DNA from: Pseudomonas aeruginosa
Lineage (GTDB): Bacteria > Pseudomonadota > Gammaproteobacteria > Pseudomonadales > Pseudomonadaceae
Assembly: GCF_001457615.1 (NCBI RefSeq)
Contig: NZ_LN831024.1
Span: forward strand, 1,170,001-1,202,000
Reading direction: 5' to 3'
DNA: 32,000 nucleotides
In this document: positions 16,697 to 30,178 of the stretch, piece by piece
Numbering within the stretch: position 1 is the stretch's first letter
Layout of the letters: each line of letters begins with the position of its first letter
Position numbers and translations under genes: made by a program
The notes under the pieces: generated by a model
What the model was told of the DNA's origin: nothing
What the model saw: the letters and a program-made list of their open reading frames with translations, nothing else
Database searches by the model: none

Positions 16697-17080
16697 ATGG
16701 CTGATTTTGAATATTATACTAAAGGTGATATGGCGCTACGGTGTAATTCAGAAGGGTTGTGGTATTTGTCCGTGGGGGATCAGGTTTTTTTTCTCCAGGA
16801 GGAAGAGAGTTTTTGGAGGGTTCTGGTTTTATTGGAGAAACCTTACGAAGAGGTTAGGGAAAAGCTTGGGCGGGGATTTTGTTACTTAAATGTTGTTTTG
16901 GTGGGACTAGATAGTGAGTCTGACTACTGGATTGGTTTGGCACTTTCTTGGATAGAGCAAGGAGGAGCAGAAGCCAGTGATCTACTACTAGCACGCTTGA
17001 AGGGGGTGGTTGAGGGGCGGAGCGCCAATCAAAAAAACAGGCATAAAGCTTTTTCAGTATTGAGAAAAATAGGTGGGTAA
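16697..17080 (+). CDS. second small immunity-like protein (orphan)
   Basis: 127 aa from ATG 16697 (the track starts at GTG 16694), with GAGAGGGA upstream. The ATG overlaps the stop (TGATG) of a 37-codon remnant ORF at 16587-16697. Composition is low GC. Confidence 0.45.
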   Translation: MADFEYYTKGDMALRCNSEGLWYLSVGDQVFFLQEEESFWRVLVLLEKPYEEVREKLGRGFCYLNVVLVGLDSESDYWIGLALSWIEQGGAEASDLLLARLKGVVEGRSANQKNRHKAFSVLRKIGG

Positions 17081-17320
17081 CTACTTGTGTATTGGTTTTT
17101 CTAAAAGCATAGTTGCTTTAGTTGGTTGATAGAGCGGGTTTTTAAGTTTTTGCAGTGAGTGTTGTTATTGTGTTTTTTTGTTATGGCTGGTTTGAAACTT
17201 TTTGTTGGTGTTTTCTGTTTCTAGATTTAAGACGGTTTCTATGGCCAGGATACTGATTTTTTAGTGGGGTGGTGAAGAAATGCTTTGTATATCGTTGAAA
17301 AATGGCATTTAGGAGGTTAT

Positions 17321-17671
17321 ATGGGCAAGAGAGTGGTTGTATTGCTATGGCTGCTATTCACATCAATGTCAGCCCACGCCATCGATAAAAAAGTCAACAA
17401 CGTTACCATCATGCGCGTGGGCTTCATGGTGGACGCGAATTCTCCGGGTGGAGGCTGGGGCTGCATCGTCAGCAAGCCGGGAGCGGCGGATTGCGGCTTT
17501 GGCCTGATGCGCCTGCCGCCGATGAATACCGATGCCGGCAAGGCCATGCTGTCGCTGATGCTGAGCGCCCAGGCCACACAGAACAAACTGCCGGAGATCG
17601 CCTATTCGGCCAGCGCCACGGTGAACGCGGTATGCCAGATCACTTCGGCGCAGATAGACAGCGGCGCCTGA
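17321..17671 (+). CDS. small secreted hypothetical protein (PA3835-like)
   Basis: AGGAGG (17311-17316) precedes ATG 17321. The signal peptide is MGKRVVVLLWLLFTSMSAHA|IDKK. The mature part contains 3 Cys residues. Confidence 0.7.
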   Translation: MGKRVVVLLWLLFTSMSAHAIDKKVNNVTIMRVGFMVDANSPGGGWGCIVSKPGAADCGFGLMRLPPMNTDAGKAMLSLMLSAQATQNKLPEIAYSASATVNAVCQITSAQIDSGA

Positions 17672-17678
17672 GGGGAGA

Positions 17679-17706
17679 AAGGTACGAGGCCGCAGCCCCG
17701 TACCTT
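17679..17706. terminator. hairpin between convergent PA3835-like gene and valS
   Basis: aaggtacg (17679-17686) pairs with cgtacctt (17699-17706), and there is an inner ggc/gcc stem. No strong U-run. Confidence 0.4.
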
Positions 17707-17717
17707 GGCGAGAGTGC

Positions 17718-20570
<2,853 letters not shown>

Positions 20571-20690
20571 GCGAAAGGGGACCAAAGCTGAATATGGCTG
20601 GGGAAAATGCGAAGAAAGTCCGGGAGTATAGCGGGGATGGCGGCCCGGGGGTAAGGCCGCGGGCCGCGGCGGGCGCCCGCCGCGTCCGGA

Positions 20691-21059
20691 TCAGCCGTTG
20701 CGTTGGCCGAGCAGGCGACCCAGGCGGGCTTGCAGGCGGCGGCGCAGTTCGGCTTCGATCTGCGGGGCGAAGTCGTCGATGACTTCCTGCAGGATCAGTT
20801 CGGCGGACGCTCGCAACTCGTCGTCCAGGCGCTCCTGTTCGGCGGGCGCCAGCCCTGCCGTGGTGGCTGCCGCGGTCTGCGGCTCTGGCGCGCGCGGGGC
20901 GGTACCGGGGGAGACGACGTCGGAGAGCAGGGGAATGTTGTCCGGCTCGAAGGATTCGGTCAGCAAGGGCGGCTCGTTCCGTTCGTAGAGCAGGTCGTGG
21001 ATCGACTCCAGGTCATCGAGCAACTGCTCCGGGGGTTGTGTCGGTTTGTGGCTGTCCAT
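20691..21059 (-). CDS. acidic hypothetical protein (PA3833-like)
   Basis: 122-aa ORF between holC and valS on the same strand. Codon bias is good. No recognisable domain. Confidence 0.7.
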   Translation of the reverse strand: MDSHKPTQPPEQLLDDLESIHDLLYERNEPPLLTESFEPDNIPLLSDVVSPGTAPRAPEPQTAAATTAGLAPAEQERLDDELRASAELILQEVIDDFAPQIEAELRRRLQARLGRLLGQRNG

Positions 21060-21070
21060 GGTCGTGCACT

Positions 21071-23034
<1,964 letters not shown>

Positions 23035-23289
23035 TTAGCGGTAAGCGATTGTTCCGAGCACGATTCGTCCCGAGGACTGACGGTCGCCGCCGGGGCGGTG
23101 ACGCAGGCAGCGACAGCTTAGTCGTTGCGGCGGGGGTCGTTCCATGCCGAGGATGGCAACCGAGGTTCTACAGCGCCGGAGCCGGGTTGGCGGTGCCTCC
23201 CGGCCGTTGCCGCACATGGTCGCACAACTGCGGCGTGTCTGGCACGACTGTGTACGCACGGGAACCCGCGGCCATGCCGCGTCCCTATA

Positions 23290-24132
23290 ATGAACGTTTC
23301 GTTCCGCAGGAGTCGCACCGTGCCCGCCAGCAAACCTGTCGCGGATCCCGCCCGGAGTACTGACCCACGCGATTACCAGCGAGTCGGCCGGCCGCTCGGG
23401 GTCATGGCCAAGACCTTCCCGGCGGGTTTCGTGGTCGCCGAGCATCGGCACGAGCGGGCGCAGTTGATCCATGCCCTGTCGGGCGTGATCGAACTGCATG
23501 TCGGTCGCACGCTATGGCTGGTCCCGCCGCAGCGCGCGGTATGGATGCCGGCGGGGATGGCGCACGCGATGCTGGCGCGCGGCGAGGTCCGCTTGCACAC
23601 CGTCTATGTCCGGCCGCAGTCCTGCCCGCCGGAATTCCCCCGGGTGCCGCGCGGAGTGATGGTCAGCCCATTGTTGCGCGAGTTGATCGTGCGCGCCGCC
23701 GGCCTGCCGTTGTTGTACGACGAGCGCGGCCGGGAGGGGCGGTTGATGGCGGTGCTGCTGGACGAACTGGAGTGGTCGCGGGAACAGCCCCTGGCCTTGC
23801 CCGACCCCGCGGACCGACGCCTGGGAAGAATCTGCCAAGCGCTGCTGGAGGACCCGGCCGACCCTCGCGGGCTGGAGGAGTGGGCGCGCTACGTGGGGGC
23901 GTCCTCGCGGACCCTGGCACGGCTGTTTCTCTCCGAACTGGGAGTGACCTTCGTCCATTGGCGCCACCAGGTGCGCCTGGCCGCCGCCCTGCCACGCCTG
24001 GCGGCTGGCGAAGCGGTGGCGCGGATCGCCGTGGATCTCGGCTACCAGACGCCCAGCGCATTCAGTGCCATGTTCCGACGCCTGACCGGGAGCACGCCGA
24101 GCCGCTACTTCGCCTTGTCCGATTCGGCGTAG
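23290..24132 (+). CDS. AraC-family transcriptional regulator with cupin N-domain
   Basis: Cupin-like 'AEHRHERAQLIHALSGVIEL…VWMPAGMAH' plus a C-terminal HTH_18 'VDLGYQTPSAFSAMFRRLTGSTPSRY'. The start is uncertain: ATG 23290, or downstream at MAKTF. Confidence 0.8.
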   Translation: MNVSFRRSRTVPASKPVADPARSTDPRDYQRVGRPLGVMAKTFPAGFVVAEHRHERAQLIHALSGVIELHVGRTLWLVPPQRAVWMPAGMAHAMLARGEVRLHTVYVRPQSCPPEFPRVPRGVMVSPLLRELIVRAAGLPLLYDERGREGRLMAVLLDELEWSREQPLALPDPADRRLGRICQALLEDPADPRGLEEWARYVGASSRTLARLFLSELGVTFVHWRHQVRLAAALPRLAAGEAVARIAVDLGYQTPSAFSAMFRRLTGSTPSRYFALSDSA

Positions 24133-24215
24133 CCTTCGTCCGTTGGCGGACGGCGCCGACGCGGCAGGATTCCTATGCTGGGCCCGTTTCCAGACGACCG
24201 CCCCGGGAGGCAAGC

Positions 24216-25139
24216 ATGCAACGACTGAACGTGGAATTCCGCTCCGAGGGTGTCGCCCTGCGCGGCTGGCTGTATTTGCCGGAAGCGCGTGCCGAGCGGC
24301 CGGCGATCGTCATGACGCACGGTTTTTCCGGGGTGAAGGAGCAGTACCTGGACCGTTACGCCGAGGTATTCGCCGCCGCCGGCTTCGTCGTGCTCCTCTA
24401 CGATCATCCGAACTTCGGCGACAGCGACGGCGAGCCGCGCCAGGAAATCGATCCGGTGATGCAGCGTCGCGGCTATCGCGACGCGATCACCTGGTTGGGC
24501 GCCCAGGCACGGGTCGACGCGAGGCGCATCGGCATCTGGGGAACCAGCTACAGCGGCGGACATGTGCTGGAAGTGGCCGCACTGGATCGGCGGGTGAAAT
24601 GCGTGGTGGCGCAGGTGCCGACCGTCAGCGGCCATGCCTCGGCGTTGCGCCGGACCCGCGCCGAGCAGTTGCCGGCATTGCTGGCAAGCTTCGACGCGGA
24701 CCGCCAGCGGCGCTTCGAGGGCTTGCCGCCGGCGCTGTTGCCGGCGGTCGCCGCGGGCCCCGACGAGCCTTGCGCGATGGCCGGCGCGGACGCCCACCGG
24801 TTCTTCACCGACAGCGCGGCGCTGGCGCCGAGCTGGCGCAACCGGGTGACTCTGCGTAGCGCCGAGCTGGCGCGGGAGAACGAGCCAGGCATTCACATGG
24901 CGCGGATCAGCCCCACGCCGCTGCTGATGATCGTCGCCGACCGGGACCTGCTCACGCCCACTGACCTTTGCCTGGAGGCCTACCAGCGGGCGTTGCCGCC
25001 CAAGCGGCTGCTGATGCTCGCCGGCGGCCATTTCACGCCGTACATCGAGCATTTCGACGCCACCAGCCAGGCTGCGGCAGACTGGTTCGTCCGTCATCTC
25101 GGAGAGGGCGGCGAGCAGCCAGCGACAGTCGTCGAATAA
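24216..25139 (+). CDS. alpha/beta-fold hydrolase
   Basis: GGGAGG (24205-24210) precedes ATG 24216 (MQRLNVEFRSEG). The nucleophile elbow is 'GIWGTSYSGG' and 'IVMTHGFSG' is present. Confidence 0.8.
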   Translation: MQRLNVEFRSEGVALRGWLYLPEARAERPAIVMTHGFSGVKEQYLDRYAEVFAAAGFVVLLYDHPNFGDSDGEPRQEIDPVMQRRGYRDAITWLGAQARVDARRIGIWGTSYSGGHVLEVAALDRRVKCVVAQVPTVSGHASALRRTRAEQLPALLASFDADRQRRFEGLPPALLPAVAAGPDEPCAMAGADAHRFFTDSAALAPSWRNRVTLRSAELARENEPGIHMARISPTPLLMIVADRDLLTPTDLCLEAYQRALPPKRLLMLAGGHFTPYIEHFDATSQAAADWFVRHLGEGGEQPATVVE

Positions 25140-25279
25140 ATCGGCAAGCGCTGAACGAGCGTTCGCCTCGACGGTCTATCGGGCTCTTGGTTCGGCCTGC
25201 GCAGTGACAGGCCCGCCGAATCGCAGGATAATGCCGGCTATTTTCTCCGCGCCATGCCGCCATGGCCGGAAACGCGTGA

Positions 25280-25303
25280 TGACGGGGCCGACGGGCCCCG
25301 TCA
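25280..25303 (+). other. perfect 10-bp GC hairpin upstream of lptF
   Basis: tgacggggcc (25280-25289) pairs with ggccccgtca (25294-25303) around a gacg loop, 27 nt before the lptF start. No U-run. Confidence 0.4.
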
Positions 25304-25330
25304 GAGCCTGGCAACCCAGGAGTGTCCGGA

Positions 25331-26449
25331 TTGATCGTTTTCCGTTATTTGTCCCGTGAAGTGCTGGTCACCATGAGCGCCGTCAGCGCCGTGCTGCTGG
25401 TGATCATCATGAGTGGCCGTTTCATCAAGTACCTGGCGCAAGCGGCGCAGGGGTTGCTCGACCCCGGTTCGCTGTTCCTGATCATGGCGTTCCGGATTCC
25501 CGGCTTCCTGCAGCTGATCCTGCCGCTTGGCCTGTTCCTCGGCATCCTTCTGGCCTACGGGCGACTCTATCTGGAAAGCGAGATGACCGTGCTCTCGGCG
25601 ACCGGCATGAGCCAGAAGCGCCTGCTCGGCTATACCATGGCGCCGGCGCTGCTGGTGGCGATCCTGGTGGCCTGGCTGAGCCTGTTCCTGGCGCCCCAGG
25701 GCATCAACCAGTTCGCCCTGCTGTTGAACAAGCAGGATACCCTGACCGAGTTCGACACCCTGGTCCCGGGCCGTTTCCAGGCAATGCGCGACGGTACCCG
25801 GGTGACCTATACCGAGGAACTGTCGAAGGATCGCGGCGAACTGGCCGGCATCTTCATTTCGCAGAAGGACCTCAACAGCAGCAACCAGGAACGCGGCATC
25901 TCCATCCTGGTGGCGGAGAAGGGCACCCAGAACATCCAGGCGGATGGCAGCCGTTACCTGATCCTGCACAACGGCTACCGCTACGACGGCAATCCCGGGC
26001 AGGCCAACTACCGGGCGATCCAGTACGACACCTATGGCGTGATGCTGCCCAAGCCCGAGGCCAGCAGCGAGGTGAGCGAGCGTGACGCGGTGCCCACCGC
26101 CGACCTGTTCGGCAGCGACAACCCACGCTACCAGGCCGAATTGCAGTGGCGCCTGTCGACACCGCTGCTGGTGTTCGTGGTGACCCTGCTGGCGGTGCCG
26201 CTGTCGCGGGTCAACCCACGCCAGGGGCGCTTCCTCAAGCTGCTGCCGGCGATCCTCCTTTATATGGGCTACCTGGCCCTGCTGATCGCTGTCCGTGGCC
26301 AGCTGGACAAAGGCAAGATCCCCATGGCCATCGGCCTGTGGTGGGTCCACGGACTATTCCTGGCGATCGGTCTTCTTCTGTTCTATTGGGAACCCTTGCG
26401 CCTGAAGCTGGCGTCCTCCCGTGCCGGTCGCGAGGTGGCGCATGGTTAA
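25331..26449 (+). CDS. lptF: LPS export ABC transporter permease LptF
   Basis: AGGAG (25318-25322) with an 8-nt spacer precedes TTG 25331, giving (M)IVFRYLSREVL, parallel to E. coli LptF MIIIRYLVRE. An alternative start is GTG 25322. Confidence 0.9.
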   Translation: MIVFRYLSREVLVTMSAVSAVLLVIIMSGRFIKYLAQAAQGLLDPGSLFLIMAFRIPGFLQLILPLGLFLGILLAYGRLYLESEMTVLSATGMSQKRLLGYTMAPALLVAILVAWLSLFLAPQGINQFALLLNKQDTLTEFDTLVPGRFQAMRDGTRVTYTEELSKDRGELAGIFISQKDLNSSNQERGISILVAEKGTQNIQADGSRYLILHNGYRYDGNPGQANYRAIQYDTYGVMLPKPEASSEVSERDAVPTADLFGSDNPRYQAELQWRLSTPLLVFVVTLLAVPLSRVNPRQGRFLKLLPAILLYMGYLALLIAVRGQLDKGKIPMAIGLWWVHGLFLAIGLLLFYWEPLRLKLASSRAGREVAHG

Positions 26450-27509
26450 GCTCGATCGTTACATCGGTGTCACCGTCTTCGTCGCGATCCTCGCGGTGCT
26501 CGGGGTGATCCTTGGCCTGGCGCTGCTGTTCGCCTTCATCGACGAACTCAACGACATCAGCGCCAGCTACGGCATCGGCGACGCCCTGCGCTTCATCTTC
26601 CTCACCGCGCCACGGCGCGCCTACGACATGCTGCCGATGGCGGCGCTGATCGGCTGCCTGGTCGGCCTCGGCACCCTGGCCAGCAACAGCGAACTGACCA
26701 TCATGCGCGCGGCCGGGGTATCCCTGTCGCGGATCGTCTGGGCGGTGATGAAACCGATGCTGGTGCTGATGCTGGCCGGCATCCTGGTTGGCGAGTACGT
26801 CGCGCCCTGGACCGAGAACATCGCCCAGAGCGGCCGCGCCCTGGCCCAGGGCGGCGGCGATTCGCAAAGCTCCAAGCGCGGTCTGTGGCATCGCCAGGGG
26901 CGCGAGTACATCCACATCAACGCGGTGCAGCCCAATGGTGTGCTGTACGGCGTGACCCGCTACCGCTTCGACGAGCAGCGTGGCCTGGAATCGGCCAGTT
27001 TCGCCAAGCGCGCGCGCTTCGAGACCGATCACTGGCAACTGGAAGAGGTCACCACCACCTTGCTGCATCCGAGGGAAAAGCGTTCCGAGGTGGTCAAGCT
27101 ACCGACCGAACGCTGGGATGCCCAGCTCAGCCCGCAACTGCTGAACACTGTGGTGATGGAGCCCGAGGCGCTGTCTATCAGCGGTCTCTGGCAGTACATC
27201 CACTATCTCGCCGACCAGGGCCTGAACAACAACCGCTACTGGCTGGCGTTCTGGACCAAGGTCCTGCAACCGCTGGTGACCGCCGCGCTGGTGCTGATGG
27301 CGATTTCCTTCATCTTCGGTCCGTTGCGCTCGGTGACCCTGGGCCAGCGGATCTTCACCGGCGTGCTGGTGGGCTTCGTCTTCCGCATCGCCCAGGACCT
27401 GCTCGGACCCTCCAGCCTGGTGTTCGACTTCCCGCCGCTGCTGGCGGTGGTGATCCCCGCCTCGATCTGCGCACTGGCGGGTGTCTGGCTGCTACGCCGG
27501 GCGGGCTGA
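26442..27509 (+). CDS. lptG: LPS export ABC transporter permease LptG
   Basis: ATG 26442 (MVKLDRYIGVTVF) overlaps the lptF end by 8 nt. The YjgP/YjgQ family pattern is present. Confidence 0.9.
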   Translation: MVKLDRYIGVTVFVAILAVLGVILGLALLFAFIDELNDISASYGIGDALRFIFLTAPRRAYDMLPMAALIGCLVGLGTLASNSELTIMRAAGVSLSRIVWAVMKPMLVLMLAGILVGEYVAPWTENIAQSGRALAQGGGDSQSSKRGLWHRQGREYIHINAVQPNGVLYGVTRYRFDEQRGLESASFAKRARFETDHWQLEEVTTTLLHPREKRSEVVKLPTERWDAQLSPQLLNTVVMEPEALSISGLWQYIHYLADQGLNNNRYWLAFWTKVLQPLVTAALVLMAISFIFGPLRSVTLGQRIFTGVLVGFVFRIAQDLLGPSSLVFDFPPLLAVVIPASICALAGVWLLRRAG

Positions 27510-27531
27510 CAGGCCCGGCAGGCCGGGTATG

Positions 27532-27560
27532 AAAAAAGGCCACCCACGGGTGGCCTTTGT
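27532..27560. terminator. bidirectional rho-independent terminator
   Basis: A-run, then aaaggccaccc (27535-27545) pairing with gggtggccttt (27548-27558), then tgtgctt. It lies between convergent lptG and the RDD gene. Confidence 0.7.
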
Positions 27561-27640
27561 GCTTCCTTGTCGCGTCGGGCTGGAGCCTGGGCGCCGGCGC
27601 GACAAAGGCCAAAACAGCGCGTTCTGCGGACCTGTTTCGC

Positions 27641-28138
27641 TCACTTCTTGTGAGTGTTCTTCGGCAGCCTGACCATCTGGCTCTCCGAATAGCGGTCGTG
27701 CCAGGTGCGCTTGTCCTTGTCCCAGAGCATCCAGAGGAAGCCGAGGCCGAGGCACAGCCAGGAGGCGATGGCGATCATGAAGCGCAGCAGCGCCTGGAGC
27801 AGGCTGATGGCGCTGCCGTCGCGGTTCTGCACGCGCAGTCCCCAGACCTGCATGCCCAGGGTCTGGCCGTTGTGGGTCCAGAATTTGGCGAAGAAGCCGA
27901 ACAGGGCGAACACCAGCAGGGTCGAGAGCAGCGGGTCGCCGATCAGCGCGCCGCGGTCGGCCAGTTCGCGCAGATGGTCGCTGCCGTAGATCAGTCGAAG
28001 GATGCCTTGCTGGTAGACCAGGGTGACCACCATCATCAGCGCCACGCAGAGCAGGAAGTCATAGAACATCGCCGCCAGGCGGCGGACCAGACCGGCAGGG
28101 GCATAGTCGCCCTGGGGAGAAAGCATGTGTTTCGGCAT
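27641..28138 (-). CDS. RDD-family membrane protein
   Basis: ATG 28138 (MPKHMLSPQGDYAPAGLVRRLAAMFYDFLL) gives 165 aa. It carries the C-terminal 'WHDRYSES' motif and TM helices typical of RDD proteins. Confidence 0.8.
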   Translation of the reverse strand: MPKHMLSPQGDYAPAGLVRRLAAMFYDFLLCVALMMVVTLVYQQGILRLIYGSDHLRELADRGALIGDPLLSTLLVFALFGFFAKFWTHNGQTLGMQVWGLRVQNRDGSAISLLQALLRFMIAIASWLCLGLGFLWMLWDKDKRTWHDRYSESQMVRLPKNTHKK

Positions 28139-28267
28139 CGGCGTGTTCCGTGCGGGGCAAAACCGGGGATTATACGTCCATCCGCAGCTTGCGCCGCCCA
28201 CCCGGGCAACGCTTTTCCCCGGCTGTTCTAGTCTTTGCGCAGACCCCAATCATTACGAGTCTTTTCT

Positions 28268-29848
28268 ATGCCGATTCCGGTGAAGCGAGCCAGGAGAAAG
28301 GCGCTCCGGCTGTCGTTGTCCGTGCTGGTCGGGGTGATGCCGATCGTCCTGGGGCTGCTCATCCTCTACTGGCAGGCCGAGCGAAGCCTCCAGGAGACGT
28401 CCGAGCAGGCAGCCGGGAATGCGGTGCGGCAGTTCGAACGGATGCTCGACAACGCTGCGTTGGCGGCGCGCAAGGTCATGCCGGTGGCGGGGCGTCCTTG
28501 TCCCGAGGCCGAGCTGGCGCTGCGCGAGCAAGTGGCGATCATGCCGTTCGTGCGCTCGGTCAATTTGACGCGCGACAATACGATCTATTGCACGTCGTTG
28601 TTCGGCGGCTTCGACGAGCCGGTGCGGATCGAGAACTATGTCGACGGACGCCTCCTGCTGATGCCCGGCAACCAGGTCACGCCGGACGCCGCGCTGCTGG
28701 TCCTGCGGGACTCCGACGGCAAGCGCGGGGTATTGGCGGCGATCGACGGGCGCTACTTGAGCTACGTGCTGGACCTCGTCGACCGACGTAGCCGCCAGGT
28801 GCTGGTGGTCGGTCCCAATTGGCTGGATGCCGAGGGCCGCACTCACCGCGACGCGCCGCCCACCTATGAGGTCGCCGCCGTATCGCTCGCTTCGCAGCGT
28901 TATCCGTTGCGTGTGCTGTCGGGCTTCCCTGAGGGCGAGGAGTGGCGATCGATCCGCTCGCAGAACCCGGCGATGTTCGGCCTGCTACTGTTCTTCGGAC
29001 TGCTGGCCGGCACTCTGTGCTACTGGCTATCCAGGCGGGTCGCCTCGCCCAGCAGCGAACTGCGCCGGGCCCTGGAGGCCAACGAGTTCATTCCCTACTA
29101 CCAGCCGCTGAGTCCCGGCCAGGGCGGACGCTGGATAGGCGTCGAGGTGCTCATGCGCTGGCGTCATCCGCGTGAGGGACTGATCCGGCCCGACCTGTTC
29201 ATACCTTTCGCCGAGCGCTCGGGGCTGATCGTACCGATGACGCGCGCGCTGATGCGCCAGGTCGCGGAAGACCTGGGCGGGCATGCCGGGAAGCTGGAGC
29301 CGGGCTTCCACATCGGTTTCAACATCAGTGCCACCCATTGCCACGAACTGGCCTTGGTGGACGACTGTCGCGAGCTGTTGGCGGCGTTTCCGCTCGGGCA
29401 CATCACCCTGGTCCTGGAGCTGACCGAGCGCGAGCTGATCGAGTCGAGCGAAGTCACCGACCGCCTGTTCGACGAATTGCATGCCCTGGGAGTGAAGATC
29501 GCCATCGACGATTTCGGCACCGGACATTCCAGCCTGGCCTACCTGCGCAAGTTCCAGGTGGACTGCCTGAAGATCGACCAGAGCTTCGTCGCCCGCATCG
29601 GCATCGATACTCTTTCCGGGCATATTCTCGACAGCATCGTCGAGCTGTCCGCCAAGCTCGACCTGGATATCGTCGCCGAAGGCGTGGAGACTCCCGAGCA
29701 GCGTGACTACCTGGCCGCCCGCGGGGTGGATTACCTGCAGGGCTACCTGATCGGCCGGCCGATGCCGCTGGAGAGTTTGCTTTCCAGCCTGACTGTGCAG
29801 GAGGGGCAGGACGCTTCCGTCGTCGCACTTCCGGCAGATCGAGGCTAG
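28268..29848 (+). CDS. CSS-motif sensor domain / EAL-domain c-di-GMP phosphodiesterase (PA3825-like)
   Basis: ATG 28268 (MPIPVKRARRK). The layout is N-TM, a periplasmic CSS-type domain (…RPCPEAE…NTIYCTSLFG), a second TM, and an EAL domain (EVLMRW, ELTERE, DDFGTGHSSLAYL, KIDQSF, EGVET). Confidence 0.9.
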   Translation: MPIPVKRARRKALRLSLSVLVGVMPIVLGLLILYWQAERSLQETSEQAAGNAVRQFERMLDNAALAARKVMPVAGRPCPEAELALREQVAIMPFVRSVNLTRDNTIYCTSLFGGFDEPVRIENYVDGRLLLMPGNQVTPDAALLVLRDSDGKRGVLAAIDGRYLSYVLDLVDRRSRQVLVVGPNWLDAEGRTHRDAPPTYEVAAVSLASQRYPLRVLSGFPEGEEWRSIRSQNPAMFGLLLFFGLLAGTLCYWLSRRVASPSSELRRALEANEFIPYYQPLSPGQGGRWIGVEVLMRWRHPREGLIRPDLFIPFAERSGLIVPMTRALMRQVAEDLGGHAGKLEPGFHIGFNISATHCHELALVDDCRELLAAFPLGHITLVLELTERELIESSEVTDRLFDELHALGVKIAIDDFGTGHSSLAYLRKFQVDCLKIDQSFVARIGIDTLSGHILDSIVELSAKLDLDIVAEGVETPEQRDYLAARGVDYLQGYLIGRPMPLESLLSSLTVQEGQDASVVALPADRG

Positions 29849-29962
29849 CGGCTACCAGTCCCTCGGCGAGGGGCAGCCTCTCAGCTTCTTCGTTACGGAT
29901 GAGACAAAAGGCCCGCAGGACGAGCAGGTGCAAGCCCTGCATCGCCTCTGGCACGACAAAAT

Positions 29963-29989
29963 GCCTCGCATCCGCGGGGCTATTTTTTT
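29963..29989 (+). terminator. rho-independent terminator (likely for the EAL gene)
   Basis: gcctcgc (29963-29969) pairs with gcggggc (29974-29980), including one G-U pair, around an atcc loop, followed by tattttttt. Confidence 0.6.
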
Positions 29990-30042
29990 GCTTCGGCTGT
30001 GGTAGATTTTTTTCGCCGAGCTGGGAAGACAGCAGTTCGGGT

Positions 30043-30078
30043 AAAGGCAGCGTCTCGACTCCAGCGCTGCCTTTTTTT
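30043..30078 (+). terminator. strong rho-independent terminator, no upstream CDS assigned
   Basis: aaaggcagcg (30043-30052) pairs with cgctgccttt (30065-30074), with a 12-nt loop and a T7 run. Confidence 0.65.
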
Positions 30079-30105
30079 ATTTGCAGGCCGGATCAGATCG
30101 CAGAC

Positions 30106-30137
30106 AACAAAAAACCGGCGCGAAGGCCGGTTTCTCT
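30106..30137 (-). terminator. rho-independent terminator, strongest in minus orientation
   Basis: aaaccggc (30112-30119) pairs with gccggttt (30126-30133). The upstream A-run on the plus strand gives UUUUUUG after the hairpin on the minus strand. It lies about 45 nt downstream (minus sense) of the tRNA-like remnant. Confidence 0.6.
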
Positions 30138-30178
30138 GCTGTCCTGTGCTCCCCCTGGAAACGCTTGGGAAGTTAGGA

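Noticed and set aside
29454-29954. 166-aa minus-strand ORF overlapping the 3' end of the EAL gene.
   Set aside because: It is antisense to a well-supported EAL domain and its product is Arg/Pro/Gly-rich, so it is a shadow ORF.
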